From assembly GCF_006345805.1 (NCBI RefSeq), contig NC_042998.1, forward strand, positions 74,462,001 to 74,526,000: DNA of 64,000 nt. Reading direction: 5' to 3'. Within the stretch, counting starts at the first letter, position 1. Every line of letters starts with the position of its first letter. Shown here in pieces: positions 1 to 13,740 of the stretch. The position numbers were made by a program, and so were the translations under genes. The notes under the pieces were generated by a model, which was not told the DNA's origin, ran no database searches, and saw only the letters and a list, made by a program, of their open reading frames with translations. This DNA is from Octopus sinensis. Taxonomy: Eukaryota.

Positions 1-206
1 CAGTTTTACACATAGATACATACATATGTATATATTTCTTTATATATTTATGTGTGTATATTTTTTTTAGTTTTTTTCTTTCTTATTTAAAAAAAAAAAA
101 AGAAAATTAGGCTTGAGATAAATATAAATATGCCAAGGCGCCAGATTGCCTTTTTCGAGCACTAGCAATACCATTTAATTTGACCCTTTGCTTCTCTTCT
201 CTGTAG

Positions 207-287
207 ATCGCACGTGGCGTGACGTCCTTCCCATGTTCACGTGACGTCCTTCGTTGTCTCCTCTGCCTGTCACGTTTGATGTCCTAA
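207..287 (+). other. Candidate terminal exon of an unidentified gene
   Basis: Branch-like TTTGAC, then the pyrimidine tract CCCTTTGCTTCTCTTCTCTGTAG (AG at 205-206). Phase-1 reading gives DRTWRDVLPMFT* (TGA 242-244); phase-0 reading ends at TAA 285-287. UTR-like AT-rich sequence with AATAAA follows. No homology recognised. Confidence 0.25.
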
Positions 288-3200
288 GTGTCAGCGGCAT
301 CTCAAGTTCTTCGCTGAGTTTTAAAAAAAAGAATATATAAATGTGTGTTAATATCTATCTATATATATATATATCAGCACATTTACACACATGCATATGT
401 ACCGCATGTGTGTGTATGTGTTTGCTTGTATCTGTGGGTGTATATGTATATATATACACATATATGTGTGTTCTATGTGTATGTGAATATATATATCACA
501 GATATTTCTAAGATTCTTTAAAAAAAAAATTGATAAAAATTATCAAAAAAAAAAAGAGAAACTTTCTACGTAGTTTGTGAATGGCGTGCCACTGGGGTAA
601 CGCCATCAGTGCATCGCTGATGGGTTTTGTCATCTGGACTGTACAGCCAATTGTCTGCTGCTGCTGCTGCTGAAGTGTTGCATTGTTATCAGTATGTTCG
701 TGTGTGCTCCGTTTCTATTGACTTGGGTTTCTTGTTACATATGTTATTGGACTATGGAATTTTACTGATCACCAATCAAGATCAATTATAGAATATATAC
801 TTGAAAATATAAAAGGAAATAAAGCAAATAAAAGAAATACAACAAAAATGACCCACTCCCCCAAAATGTTGACCAAAAAAAAAAAATTTTACCAAGAGCA
901 TGTTACTATATGCCATGTACATATTCTAACAGTCATTGCCATACCCTCTCCTTTATAACAAAGAAAGAAGCAAGAGCAATTGAGCTTTGGTCTGGTATGA
1001 AATGAAACAGATTCTGAGACAGTATTGGTTATTATGTAAGGCTGAAAGAGGCTGTATTTTGTTGAGGAGGTTTGCATAATGTGTAAAGAAGAGGAACAAA
1101 ACACCATGAAAACAAAAGACTAAAACACGAAAAATTTTGTTGGTTTGTCACTATGTGTGTGACTCTGTGTTTTATTATGAAAGAAAGGGAAAAAAAAAAC
1201 TTATCTCCTCCTCCATGAAAAAAGAAAACAAAAAAGAAAATAAGTGTAATAAAGTCAAAATGAAATTATACATAACCCCTCCATACCCCAGTGGTGCATC
1301 TTCGTACAGTTTACACATTTGGCACCTTTAATCCAAAATCTTTCTAGTTTTGTTTGTGGTATTGAAGTAGTGTACAAAAGAAAAAAAAAAAGGAAAAAAA
1401 ATGGTTTGATGTGTTTGTAGTTTGTTTTATGTTCTTATTTGATTCCCTTTAGTGCCGTGATAAATTGTTTGCAGTGTTTATTGGGAGACAGTTTTGTTCC
1501 ACCTTATAGTTTGTTGAATTTGTGTGAAACCTTCAGCTAGTTGGACTTTGTGATTATTTTCATTGTACAGTAACTCACTTCTGAGGTCACTATTTCACAT
1601 GTGGCAGATTATTGTGTACATCCTTGTTTGGAATTAAATGTTCTCTTAACTCTCCTGACATGATACTGGAGTAATGTGGTGACTCCTACCATCATTCCCT
1701 TACCTCTCTTCACTCCCACTCTCTTCTCTCATACATACATACATATATATATATATATATTATATATACATACACACACACATACACACCCAGTTTTCAG
1801 AGATGTGGTTGAACTGCAGTCTGTACCAGCAGTTGTGATTCTGTCTTCACAATTTAACAAAACAATTTTCATTCCGGTTTTTGGAAAAGAGAATAGTTTA
1901 CCATCAAGCCCATAGCATGTAGTTTATCCAGCTATTGGTGTCAATACTAGAAACAGATAGTTCCACAGCTTTAAATTAGTGACTTCATATTTTGAACTGG
2001 TCTTCTCACTAAATAAGGATGTACACACACATCTGTCGGTCACACTTTGGCTAGCTTGATAAAGGTCATGTGACATTATGTTACATTTGAAAGTTATTAA
2101 AAAATGAAGTTAAAACCATTTCTATGATGTTTATGTTGAAAAAGTTTGTTGCAAAATTTCAGAAATTACTTTAGATGGCAATATTAACCTGTTTAGGAGC
2201 TCTATATCTACTGAGTGTGAGTAGTCTAAAGAAATTTACTGGCTCCTCCTTGTGTGGGCACTACCTGGCTGCACCTCTAATTTTAATACTGTTCAGTGGT
2301 TAATGTTGCATTGCTAGGAATAGGCAACACATTAAGAGTGATATTTTTGTTAAATTTATTTTAATATTAGCTAGTATAACAACCTGTTCTCCTATGCTCT
2401 TCCTCCTCCTCCTTTTCCCCCTTCCACTGCCCCTCTCTGTCCTTTCCCCTCCTGTTGGCAGAGTAGCTAACCCATATTTTTGTGGCCAGTAAATTGAGAG
2501 GGCAAACTCTGGTCTTCATTAAAGATGCTTTCATTCTAGTTTTTACAGCCAGATCTTGGAATATTTTTTTAGAATAAAGTAACATGACATTAAGAATGAG
2601 GGTTTTCACTTCTCCTTCATGACAGCTGTTTGAAAAATACTAGGAAACTGTGACACCCTCTCCCAACTAAGATTTATTTCAATTTTCTCAATCTTTAACT
2701 GTTAAACTTCTATCATGTGGCAGCCACCACCTAAGTGTTAACTATACTAATGATGTCTTGTAGGTTACTGGTTTAAGGCTCATCATACATAAATATTCCT
2801 GTTCAATGCTGTTAGCTTATAGCCAAAGAATTTCCCTCCCCTCCCTTATCATTGCACATTAATAGTTCACCAACCCATGGAATGAATGATGCTGAATTTG
2901 TTTTGATATGTATACTTCTGGTAAGCATATAACCATGGATGTTTTTATTATTATTACCATTATTATTATTATTACCATTATTATTATCATTATTATTATT
3001 ACTACTACTACCACCACTACCATTATTATTTGTATGTTGAAACAAATAAATTAGTTCTCCAGACATTTTATCTTGCGTTATCAATAATTAGTATACATAT
3101 CTATATAGTATAGTAATGACTTTATTACCTACTGTACAATGGCAACTCTACCTCCACTATTGTGCTTTATTTAAATAACCCAGGATGTTTCGATATTGAA

Positions 3201-6200
3201 CCAAGTCTGTCAATGACTGGACTTGCACAAAAAAAAGTTTAAAAAAAAGAGATTAAAAATAAAACAACTGAACATCCAGTTACCTTGCAGCATTTCTGGA
3301 ATTGTCACCAAAGTTTTGATATTTCTGCCTGCAGTGACATCAACCTAAAGTAAAGTATAGGGGTTAAAATGCTGGCAGTCTCTGGGGCTTGTGGTAATCT
3401 TTGTACCGTATGTATGTGTGTGTGTGTATATGGGAGAGAAGTAGGAGAGAACTTGGGACCTCTTGATAATAGGCAAGTGGTTTATTGACAGAGTACTCTA
3501 TTCATTTTCACTTATCCCATTAGTCTGGAATCACAGCAATGATATTTGTATTTTATTTGGTTTTTTTGACAACTTACATTGTTTGCAACCTGTTCATCAC
3601 TGGTTTTACTTCTCACTCTTATTAGTATTTTCTTTATTGTTATATTAAGAGCCCCCTTCTAAGAGACAACCAAGTATTCTTACCCAAGCTTGTGTGCGCT
3701 GATTATTTAGCTCTATCAACCATTTCTAGAACAAATTTTGAATCCCGTTTGACTGTGTAGAAATTAGTTCCTGATAAACTAAACATTCTCTGGACCATCA
3801 CTAATATGTGTCTGTTACCTTGAATGCACTCTGTGTTGTTATTAAAAAAAAAAAATCAAGTCTGGTTTTGAACACTGTAGACAAAACCTCTGCCATACAT
3901 CAGTTGGTTTTTATCACATTTTAGGATGCATTTTCTCCCAATTTACTTGTTGTTTTGTAACTTCTTATATGTTATTTGTTACCACTTCTCATTTGTCTTC
4001 ACTTGGTGTCATCTCCTTTTTGTTGCCTGTCCGTTTCTTGGAACTCTGAGCCTGGTGTCTGTCTAGATTGGTTTGTCATTGAATTAATTCATTGGCTTAT
4101 TTTTAAACTGCCAGACTCTTACCTGTCTGTAATTTTCACCATGACATTCCTTTAAGTTTCCGATAACTATATTTTCCTGTCAATTGTCCTCTTGTCCTTC
4201 CTTAGTCCAGCCCAAACCGGATTCTGTTAATAATAAACATGCTTTCAACTGAGCTCTGGAATTTCTTCATAAGTTTTGTAATTGTTGCCTAGAAAAGTGG
4301 CTGCTGTTTCTTTGGACAATCATTTCAGTTTTCCACTACCTCAAGTTATTCTATGTCTTACAGTGTCCTTTCCCTGTTATTTCTCTCTTTAATAGCTGTG
4401 TGTGGCAACACATCAGTTGGTGTGTTACCACCACACAGGGATAAATTCTTTGAATTTGTGAGCTTGTCAATACTGTTTGTTTGAATGGCCATCTTCACTG
4501 CTACTAGGACTATCATACCTTTGACTTGATCATCTATGCTGAGTATTAATGCAACATGTAATAAGATGTTAATGCCACTTATCAAAGGTGTTCACTTGAT
4601 TTTCGTGAAATTTAAGGTCCCTGCATTTTTCTTTCTTGTTCTTCTGTATGAACTGTCAGCTGGATCTTTACCATGTCTCAGTTGTGTATAGAATTCTATA
4701 TGGAGTTGAGAGTTGGCACAGATCCAACCTATAGTTTGAAGTCATATCTATATTCCATCTTGTTAGTTTTTTGTTTGTTTTTATATTTTTCAAATTCATT
4801 GAGAAGTGGTGTTTCATTTGCAAATTTCATCATCTATTTTATTTTAAATCTTTGAAGACAGAATATTCTTGTAGATATATCCGAACTGTATATAAAGTGC
4901 CAAAGCGGCTATATTTTAAACTGTGATGCTGCTGCTCCGTAAGATTACCTGTGGACCAGATAATCATTCTCCCTGGTTTTTCTTTGAGTTCAGTTCTTTT
5001 CGTGAACTTAGCTAATCTTTCATCTTGAAAATTTGTTCATCCAATTAAGAATAAAGGCCCTTCAAAGAATTTGGTAACCAAATGAGGTTACTGAAAATTG
5101 ATTTTGATTCGGCTGTGCCAATTGATATCTCTTTATCAGGGAGCTGTTGTTACTTTAAAGAGTTTTACCATTTATTAAGCAGTTTCAAAATGAATGGTTT
5201 TATTTCATTACTCTTGTTAATTTCCCTCCCACTAAGTCCACCCTTTCTCTTGAGCCAGATCCAGAACTGACAGACAGACAGATAAAAACTGAAGATGACA
5301 CTATTGTATTAAGTTGGGTCTCTTTCACTAGTTTAGTTAAATAGCTGCATTGTGAGTGAGTGTGTGTGTGTAATGTGGCGGTGCACGCAATCTCTGGAAG
5401 AATTCAATAAAAACCATTCACCCATCTTATTTTTGTCTTTGTTGTTGTTTTTCTCTTGGAAATGAAAGAAGAAAAAGGACAGTAGAAACTTTGCTACTGC
5501 TTCCTGAAATATCATTTAAAGTGTTTACCTACTGTTATAGATTCTAGTCCTGCATTCAAACTTTTTCAAAGTTTATTATTCACTTATTAGAAATTAAGAA
5601 AATATATCTTTCGACTACAGCCTGTTTTGCCAGTATTGGGATTGGACCATAACAACATTGTGATGTTTATTTATTTTCTTGCATGTAGTTGTGCCTCTGC
5701 ACAAAACACATCACCAATAGTAACACATTTAATTGCACAGACGATTGCTATAACATTTTGTTTAATCAAAAATTATTTCGATACTACACTCAGTACTACC
5801 TATGAAATAATAAGTAATTAGGACAAGGCATTCATGCTAAAAACAGAACCTACCTTCCTACCAAAGAACTGGTGTTAGGTGGACTGGGCTCTTTAATCCT
5901 CTTCAGTGCCATTGGTTCAATGAAATTTATCCAACAAGCATTTTCTGATAGGAAAACATTCAACTCTTGAAACCCTGCCAAAAATAGAAGGAATGAATTA
6001 TATGTAGACTCTGAAAGTTGCATCATAAATTAACATCTAAGAGTACAGTAGTTCCAAGTAAGACTTGATTCAGATTGACAATGCACACTGTTATGGAAAA
6101 ACGAGTATAAAATTAATATGAGCTGGTGGTGGGAGTTATAATTTGGTGTTTTGTTTAATTTTTCAATCTATAGGACAGACAATGGCATTTAAAATCCTCT

Positions 6201-6234
6201 AGGGCGATGGGCTATTATACCTATCATCATGCCT

Positions 6235-6435
6235 TTAATCCTTTTGTTATCAATATTTCTGCTGAAATACACTACCTATTTTGCAATTAATTTTGAAAAT
6301 AAGGAAGAATTTTGTAAAAGCTAGTGTTTTGAACTTAAATCAACATACTTAGATGTGTTTTAATTTAGATTATCTTAAAGCAGGAATTGTTTTTTTAATG
6401 GGTAGCTTCAGGCAATTTGCTGTCAAAAGAGTTAA
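6235..6435. mobile_element. Degenerate piggyBac-type MITE
   Basis: Ends TTAATCCTTTTG ... CAAAAGAGTTAA form imperfect TIRs with TTAA at both ends; about 200 bp, no ORF. Confidence 0.55.
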
Positions 6436-6939
6436 ATACCTGTAATGAACAGATCTATTTATCAAGCATACAGTTTTGTTTTTCATTCTTTCCCTGTATA
6501 TTGCAATGCTGATAACACAACTAGTAAGCATTAACCACTTGGAAAATTAATTGGCTACTAATCTAACTTACAACACATTGTCATCACTTGGCATTATTGG
6601 TTAATAATATAAACTTGCTCACCTATATTCTTACAATCTCTCTTCACCTCAGTAACTAGAAGTAGCTTCATATGTCAAATCTCTCCAACCACCTTCATCT
6701 ATTGCTAACCAACACTTGTTTTTTTTTGAATATGTATCCCATATAAACAACCGCCTATAAAACAATGACCAAAAAAATAAACCATGAAAGATTTAGGCAA
6801 AATAATTGGGTCAAAAATGAGCAACCATTTTTTTTTCTTGTATTTGTTAGTTTATCATTTACAACTGTTCCATCTCATTCCATTTTAGTGCTTTCTAATT
6901 TTGTTTATTAGCTAATCTAATCAAGGACAAAATGCGTGA

Positions 6940-7350
6940 TCATTATTACATTTCCATGTCATTCCTACATGTTATAACTGATCATTGCTAGATGCTTAGG
7001 CATTATGCCTGACTATTTCTACATGTCAAGGTTGTATGCATTGTTGTCACCACATGTCTAAATTGTATGTCTGAATACTGATCGTTGTTATATGCCTAGG
7101 TTGTATGCCCAGCCATTGTTACACATGTAGGTTGATTGTATGACTTGTTACATGTCTCGGTCATGTCTGTTGCTTCATGTCTAGTTTGTATGGCCGTTGC
7201 TACATACCTAAATCATATTTTGTATGTATGACCCTTACAACATGTCTAGGTCATATACCTGATCATGGCTACATGTCTAGCTGTATATACTTATGGTTAC
7301 CTGTCTAGGACATACGTCTGGTTATTGCTACATGCTTAGGTTATGTACAT
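6940..7350. repeat. Degenerate minisatellite, about 25-32 bp unit
   Basis: Recurrent core resembling CTACATGTCTAGGTTGTATGCCTGATCATTG, about 12 diverged copies. Confidence 0.7.
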
Positions 7351-8212
7351 AGTAGTCACCATACGGACTGCTGGTGCAACCTGTCACTGAATCAAACCAA
7401 AGCTGTCACTGTCTTCAACGAGATTTTAAGATTATTTAGGTGAGTGTCTGTATTTGCTCTCCTTTGTACAAAGCCAATAAACCAAAAATACATTCTCTGG
7501 ATTGTAATTTACAAAGCTCATGGATTTGATAATAGTGCCATTCTAATTAAGAACTGGAATATGTAGGATAATAAATTTCTGCTGCATAGCTGGTGAAATT
7601 TTAACTTAATCTACAATATTGGCGTAATTATAACACAATCAATTTTCGTTCGATTTATAAACAAACGTTACTAATTGATTTACCCTTAATGTGGAATATT
7701 GATACTTCTAAGGACTGGTGAGTGATCTATCAAATTAGGAAAGATATTAACAGCTGCAGTGTTATTTTATACTAAGTATTCGAATAGTTAAAAGTTATAA
7801 TGTGACCTTGTTGTTAGATACTGCTCGTTATATTGTTTTTTTTTCTTCACGTAAATATGGAGTTCATTTTCTTCCCCCTCAGGCTTAGTTTATTAAGTTA
7901 AAAAACAAAAAATTTAAACTGCAGTGTTGTGATGCTAATGGAAGATTGGTACTCACTGCCTTAGAAATCTCGGCGATTTAGTTTTCTTTTACATTGTTTG
8001 CCCTTACATTATCCTCCTATATTTATTTATTTATTTATTTTTATTATCATTTTTAAATAGATTTTAATCAAAAGCAAATTTAGTAATGAAATCTTTATTT
8101 CTTAAATAGGATATGTTAATCCAGAAGTTATTTTTGAACTTGAAACTAATCACCTGATAGTCAACTTATGGACCAGCTTTTTTTTTTTTTATTAGAAACT
8201 GGGGCGTTGTGA

Positions 8213-8242
<30 letters not shown>

Positions 8243-8244
<2 letters not shown>

Positions 8245-8454
8245 GGTGGCGAGCTGGCAGAATCCTTAACACGCTGGACGAAATGCTTAGCGGTATTTCT
8301 GTTCTGAGTTCAAATTCTGCTGAGGTCGACTTTGCCTTTCATCCATTCGAGGTGGTTAAAATAAGTACCATTTGAACACTAGGGTTAATGTAATCGACTC
8401 ACCCCCTTCCCCAAAAATGTTACCCTTGTAGTAAAATTTGAAACCATTATTATT
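8243..8454 (+). mobile_element. tRNA-derived SINE, family 1 (octopus type)
   Basis: AAGGTGGCGAGCTGGCAGAA head, B-box-like GAGTTCAAATTC, GTCGACTTTGCCTTTCATCC body, ATT tail; homologous to the copy at 19053. Confidence 0.85.
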
Positions 8455-8559
8455 AATGAGATAATTAAATTTGAAATAAAAGGGTCCTCTCGATCCTACG
8501 TTGACGTCGTCCATTCGTCATCTACTATACAGTGTGTACCAGGTGTATATTTCGTCATG

Positions 8560-9110
8560 GTACTATCACTGATGTGTTTGCCTTATACCTTGTCAAGTCT
8601 TTAGGTATTACTACTTTGATCTCTCTATTCAGATGCAACATGATGAAGAAGGGGAATAGAAGCGAGCGTTGTCATACGAAGTACCAAGGCGTGAGCTTGA
8701 GCAAAAAGGGAGTATGATGTAAGAAAAAGAGTGTAGTAGAGGAAGTAATGGAAGAGACAGAGTGATAGCAGCTACAGGTTTCCTGATAAGAGAGTGAACA
8801 ATACAGGTGGCTGATAGTAAAAGTGAGTCATGGTCAACAGTACTGATGGCAGTGTCTTGTATACAGACATCTGATGCAAGCCCTCGTTACACAAGCATCA
8901 TAATGGGAGTAAGTAGAGTGGTAAGGGAGGTAGTGAGAGGATCAGATACGGTGCAAATACCATTTTTCTTTGTTACACAGCAGTATGGTACACTAAAGAG
9001 AAACGTCAGAAGAGGGTCTTGAAGAAGAAGGCACGAGATATGGATTCTTAAGAAGAACAAAACGCTGGGAGATCCAAATGCAGTTTATGTTGTACATCTC
9101 AGCTTCCAGA
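8560..9110 (-). mobile_element. Decayed non-LTR RT C-terminal fragment (CR1/L2/Jockey group)
   Basis: Frame-broken peptides MYNINCIW, DPLTTSL and CLYTRHCHQYC resemble the consensus MEYCSHIW, DPSLT.SL and SLFYRY.HG.C. Confidence 0.5.
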
Positions 9111-11109
9111 ACTGCTACCATTTTAGTAATATATATAGTACAATCAGTAATTTCAATTATCACTAGACAATTAGCAGTAGAATTACTAACGGTTTCATTT
9201 ATTGTGAGCTATATCAGAATTAAGTATTTTCGTTTATAACTGGCTAAATTTTACCATTTTAAACAAAAAATCGTTTACAATCACAAGTCTGAAATATTCA
9301 TATTTTTTTTTTATTTAATCTCATTTGGAATGGATTATTCCATATAGATTCTTATAAACAATACCTGCCTTTGACATGTTTTTGTGTTATAAGATTAGCT
9401 GGGAGTTGTTCTGTTGAGCGATACATTATAAACACTAAATAAGCACAAAATATTCCTTGTGTGTTTGAAATGTAATTTTTACAAGATGCACATGGAAATA
9501 CTTATGAATGTAGTCTCACTAGCGAGTGGAAACATTGCCAAACCTAACTCTAGCAGATAAACATGTCAACCAATAAATAATTGGTTTCTTTTATACTTGT
9601 ATTTGAATACTTCGATGGGGATTCTTTTTGTCAGAACAATCCGATTTTCTGAATGCAATCTGTAATTAAATATATCTAATAGTTATTTTAATATTCCAGA
9701 TGATTGCTTTCTTTGATTCTGGCGGAAAATCGTCGCAGGGGACGAGTGGGGCAAATTCACATGCTAAATAAATGATTGGACAGTTTCATAACATATCTAA
9801 GATAAGAAATTACTTTATATTGATTGATCTTTACAAATTGTCTACCATTCTATGATTCCCCAATTAGCGGTGCTTCCATGACAAACGACAAGTCTTCTTT
9901 AGAAAAAAGAAGAAATACTCAATTTTATACATTGCTATATCAGAAATCGTAAGTCAGAAGATATACAGATATAGCGAAATAATTACCAATACCTAGTTTT
10001 TTTTTTAGGGGAAAAATGTAAATGACTGCTTTAAAGTGTTTAATGGGTGGTCAGCTGGTAGAATGATTTTTGAATTGTCACTGCCAGGGAGTCTACACTT
10101 AGTTTTATTCATTACACAAGTGCAGAATTATTGAGAATATTGCAACAGAAGCGAGCCCTAGGTGATACTATTAAACTGTTATGTAAATAAAGGACAATCA
10201 ATGAGGGATTGATTCAATTCATTCTTCTATCAGCTGATATACTTTTAATACTCGAAGAAGAAAACATCTAGCTAGGAGTATAGAGTATATGTCTGTATAT
10301 AAGGTAAAGATTCGCCTATAACGTGGGATTTGTTCTTATGTGCTGTAGTCCCAGAAAAAGGGTATGGTCAGGGCTTCCCTAAAAGGTTGTTTCTAAATGA
10401 ATTTTTTTGTATTATTTGATCTTGTATTATTTATTCAAGTAGTAACTTTATTGCTTCCTGCCCTCTCTCTTTCCAAATAATAGAATCGTCATGATTAGAA
10501 ATATTCAAGAATAAAGCTAATTTTGATAGGTACTATGAGGAGAGTGGTGTACTAGGTGAGCCGTTGGAACATCGGATTGAATACATTGTGGATTTAGTTA
10601 TGGACCTTCATGTTGTAAGTTCAAATCTCAGCGAGGAGAACGTTACTTTTTATCCCCCAAGGACTGATTTAATCTATTATCCCCGTTCGACTCACCTAGC
10701 TCCCTAGAGAAATTTGTGGCTTTAAACAAAAAAACGTTATCAGAGTCAACAAGACTTTCTAGGCTGACTTGCAATGCGGCTAAACTGGCATTCCGTTTAA
10801 ATTTAATATTGCTGACATGTCTTCACAGCATGTTAGTTCAAATATCACATCACCCAGTTTGATGTTTCTTGAATTTAGTTATTTGTGATAAAATAGTGAA
10901 AGGAATCTAGAATCAGAGGGTCTTCTTTAATTTTTTGTCTATGGCTCTTACACATACATAGCTTAATGTATTAAATAGAACAAAATTCAAATCCAAGAAA
11001 AAGGTCATCTTCAAAATATCACGATTCTTAGATGCCTGGTCGCAAGTCCTTCAAAAGTTTAGTGGAAGTTGATAGAAGTTATAAAACATCAAATTAATGT
11101 TAAGAGACA

Positions 11110-11300
11110 GTGGCAGAGACCACCCTATTTCGAGTTAAAGTCTTCTTGGAGGAGAATCACCAACAAACAGGAAATATGAAGTTCCGATTGTTGTTTGTCA
11201 TTCACTCTGTGTATCCGGAACATTTTTATACGTTTGTCCCAAACGTCCATGCTTCTTTTCAGACTTTGTTTCATACATTCTGAATAATATAGAGCTTTCC
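11110..11300 (-). mobile_element. Highly decayed RTE-like RT C-terminal fragment
   Basis: Translates ALYYSEC..SLKRSMDVW...GGLCHCL, resembling RTE LLYGSETW...WLGHCL. Confidence 0.35.
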
Positions 11301-12302
11301 TTTCATAAATTTCAAGTTACTCTGGTAGTTGAAAAAACCCCCAAAAAACAGTAGGATCGTGTATCATGCATGATGCGTAGACACCAGGGAAATATGTTCT
11401 GTGTACCACATTTGATAGAAAGGACAAGCAAAGGGTTAACCAGACTGATTCCTAGATTTAGGGTTAATTAAGCAACTTGCTAAAAGGTAATAATATATTT
11501 CTGCTAGTTCAGAGTGATCTAATTAAACAGGAATGACAATTACCAAAACTAATATTGACACGATTGTCATTTAGTCATGTACCTGACCGTTTTGCGAGCA
11601 GAAGTCGTTAGGATTGTAGAAGAGGATGTGCTACATTCTGGATTCATGGACTTCTGTGATTCTTTGAACATTTCCACAATATTTGTTGATCATTTCTAAA
11701 TTGTTTCCATATTTTCTTCTCTAATACTTTACATTATTAACCATATTCCAATATTTGACCGATTACATTATAGAGAAACATTATTTAATTATTCAATTCA
11801 TTGCCAATTATTTGATTAATTTCATTGAATATCGAATTGAGATCTGTTCAAACACTAAGGATATTTAATCCTTCAATTCTACTATTGAATTTGTTCCGTT
11901 ATTTAATATAATCAGCATTTCGTCGTTAGATGGTGTGCTATTAAAAGTGTTTCGCCGTTGAATGTATTCTGTTATTATACACCAAACGTTTCTTGCTATG
12001 AACCGTGCTCTGCAATTACACGTTGTTTGTATGTTTTGTTATTTATGTTTGGCTATTAACCATAGAATATCATACGTTATTAAATATGTTCTGTAATTTA
12101 ACATATTATATCACGTTTCCTGTTATTAAATGTGTTTTATTTATTTTGTGAATATTCTGTCAATAAAGTCTGTCTACACCTTTCTGTCAATGGAAAAGAC
12201 CATTTCACTGTTGTTTCGTATTTTTTGTTGTAATTTATTTAACTGTTTTGTTGTTGTGTACACACACAAATACATATGCGCGCGCACACACGCACATATT
12301 TC

Positions 12303-12495
12303 TAGTTTCAAATTTTGGTACGAGGCCAGAAATTTTGGTGGAAGGTCAAGTCGATTACATCGACCCCACTGTTCAACTGGTACTTATTTTACCGAGCAGA
12401 AAAGGATGAAAGGCAAAGTCGACCTCGGTGGAATTTGAACTCAGAACGTAACAGTGGACGAAATGCCTCTAAGCATTTTACCAGCTCGCCGCCTT
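12303..12495 (-). mobile_element. SINE family 1
   Basis: Reverse complement of the family-1 head and body (ends CAGCTCGCCGCCTT on + strand), with an internal deletion. Confidence 0.85.
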
Positions 12496-12522
12496 AAAAT
12501 CACATACATACACACACACGTG

Positions 12523-12820
12523 GTAGACAGCTGTAAACACTAATATATACACACGAATTCGTATATAGTAGACTGCTGTATACAACTGTATAAACACAAA
12601 TATACATATATTTGGTAGACAGCTGCATACTGTCGTGTGCATACACACATCCATACATATATACACGCACACACGCATATATATATATATATATATACAC
12701 TCATACATAAACACTGTAGACAGTTGCATACAATGGTATCTACACATATACTGTAGACAGCTGTATATAATAGTATGTGCACATATATATATATACTCAT
12801 GGTAGTAGACAGCTGTATAC
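12523..12820. repeat. Six-copy GTAGACAGCTGTATAC motif array with microsatellite spacers
   Basis: Copies start at 12523, 12568, 12615, 12716, 12753 and 12805. Confidence 0.8.
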
Positions 12821-12899
12821 GATGTTACCCACATATGTAAGTAGTTCTGTTTTTATTGTCTACTTTTACTTTATAAATGAGCGTAACTCTGTATCTGGG

Positions 12900-13740
12900 G
12901 GATAAGTGTTGTGTGTCTGAAAAGTTATGTGTGCAGCAGTATCAGAGTCTATGTTAGTACCAGTGTTTGTGAACGTTCTTGATGTTTGGCTGCATATTTA
13001 CCTGTATGTCTTTTCATTTTCGAGTTCGACATTTTGGATATCTCTACCTCTGTATCCAGACCCTTGTATCGAGATCTTTTCACCATTACTTTTAGACATA
13101 TTGGGAATGATGCATAGATTAGAGGACATGGGTTTTTGGTAGACTATAATGTCTGGTTGACTAGCCTTTATCTCCCTATCTGCATTAACCCTCTTGCGAC
13201 ACCCAGGCCGATTGATCGGCCTAAGTGATACAAGCTGAAAGGACTTTGAGGTCAATGTATCAGCCCGATGACAAACCTTTTGGAGTGCAATAACCTATTA
13301 GGGATCGTCTTTCAAGAGATATAATATAAAACTATATAATATATATAGTTTTACATACTAATAAAGTATGGTACTTTATCCTTTGCTTTCTACATGCACC
13401 CATCAATTTCAATCTCAACAGCAAAAAAAAAAAACATTTTGGTTTTTTTGGCTGCACATGCCAAAACAGCGTGTGTCTCAAAAGGGTTAATTAGTATGTC
13501 ATTTCAGAGGATGGTCACTTCGTCATTCCTTGACAACGTTTGTAATGCATGATTTTTACCTACGTATTTCATGATGCTGGCGTAATTTCCAGTATATGAA
13601 AGCCCCAATTGTGCTCCATCTTTTTACACACTTCACTCTAAGACTGCTACGTCACGGACTATGTGGTTATTTCTTCTCAACCTTTTCAGCTTCATCGTAT
13701 GTTTGGGGATTCCTTATGGGAAGGCTTTGCTCTCGCGTCT
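12900..13740 (-). mobile_element. RLE (R4/Dong-like) non-LTR C-terminal fragment, interrupted by a MITE
   Basis: Across frameshifts it reads NHIV.., IYWKLRQHH, NDEVTIL*, then after the MITE ADREIKASQPDIIV and EKIS.YKGL, matching the zinc-knuckle/PD-(D/E)xK region. Confidence 0.8.
13185..13490. mobile_element. piggyBac-type MITE
   Basis: TTAACCCTCTTGCGACAC ... GTGTCTCAAAAGGGTTAA: 16/18 inverted match including the terminal TTAA. Confidence 0.85.

Noticed and set aside
577-624. Two overlapping 7-bp hairpins (581-606 and 603-623), considered as a SECIS element or RNA switch
   Set aside because: GTGA-to-AA spacing does not fit a SECIS, and 7-bp stems arise by chance.
3800-5030. Chain of small minus-strand exons suggested by donors at about 3819, 4123, 4360, 4517, 4672 and 4948
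   Set aside because: Acceptors are weak, the implied introns are A-rich, and the best-bounded exon (4123-4223) has stops in all three frames. A decayed LINE ORF1-like tract is as likely, and I cannot support either reading.
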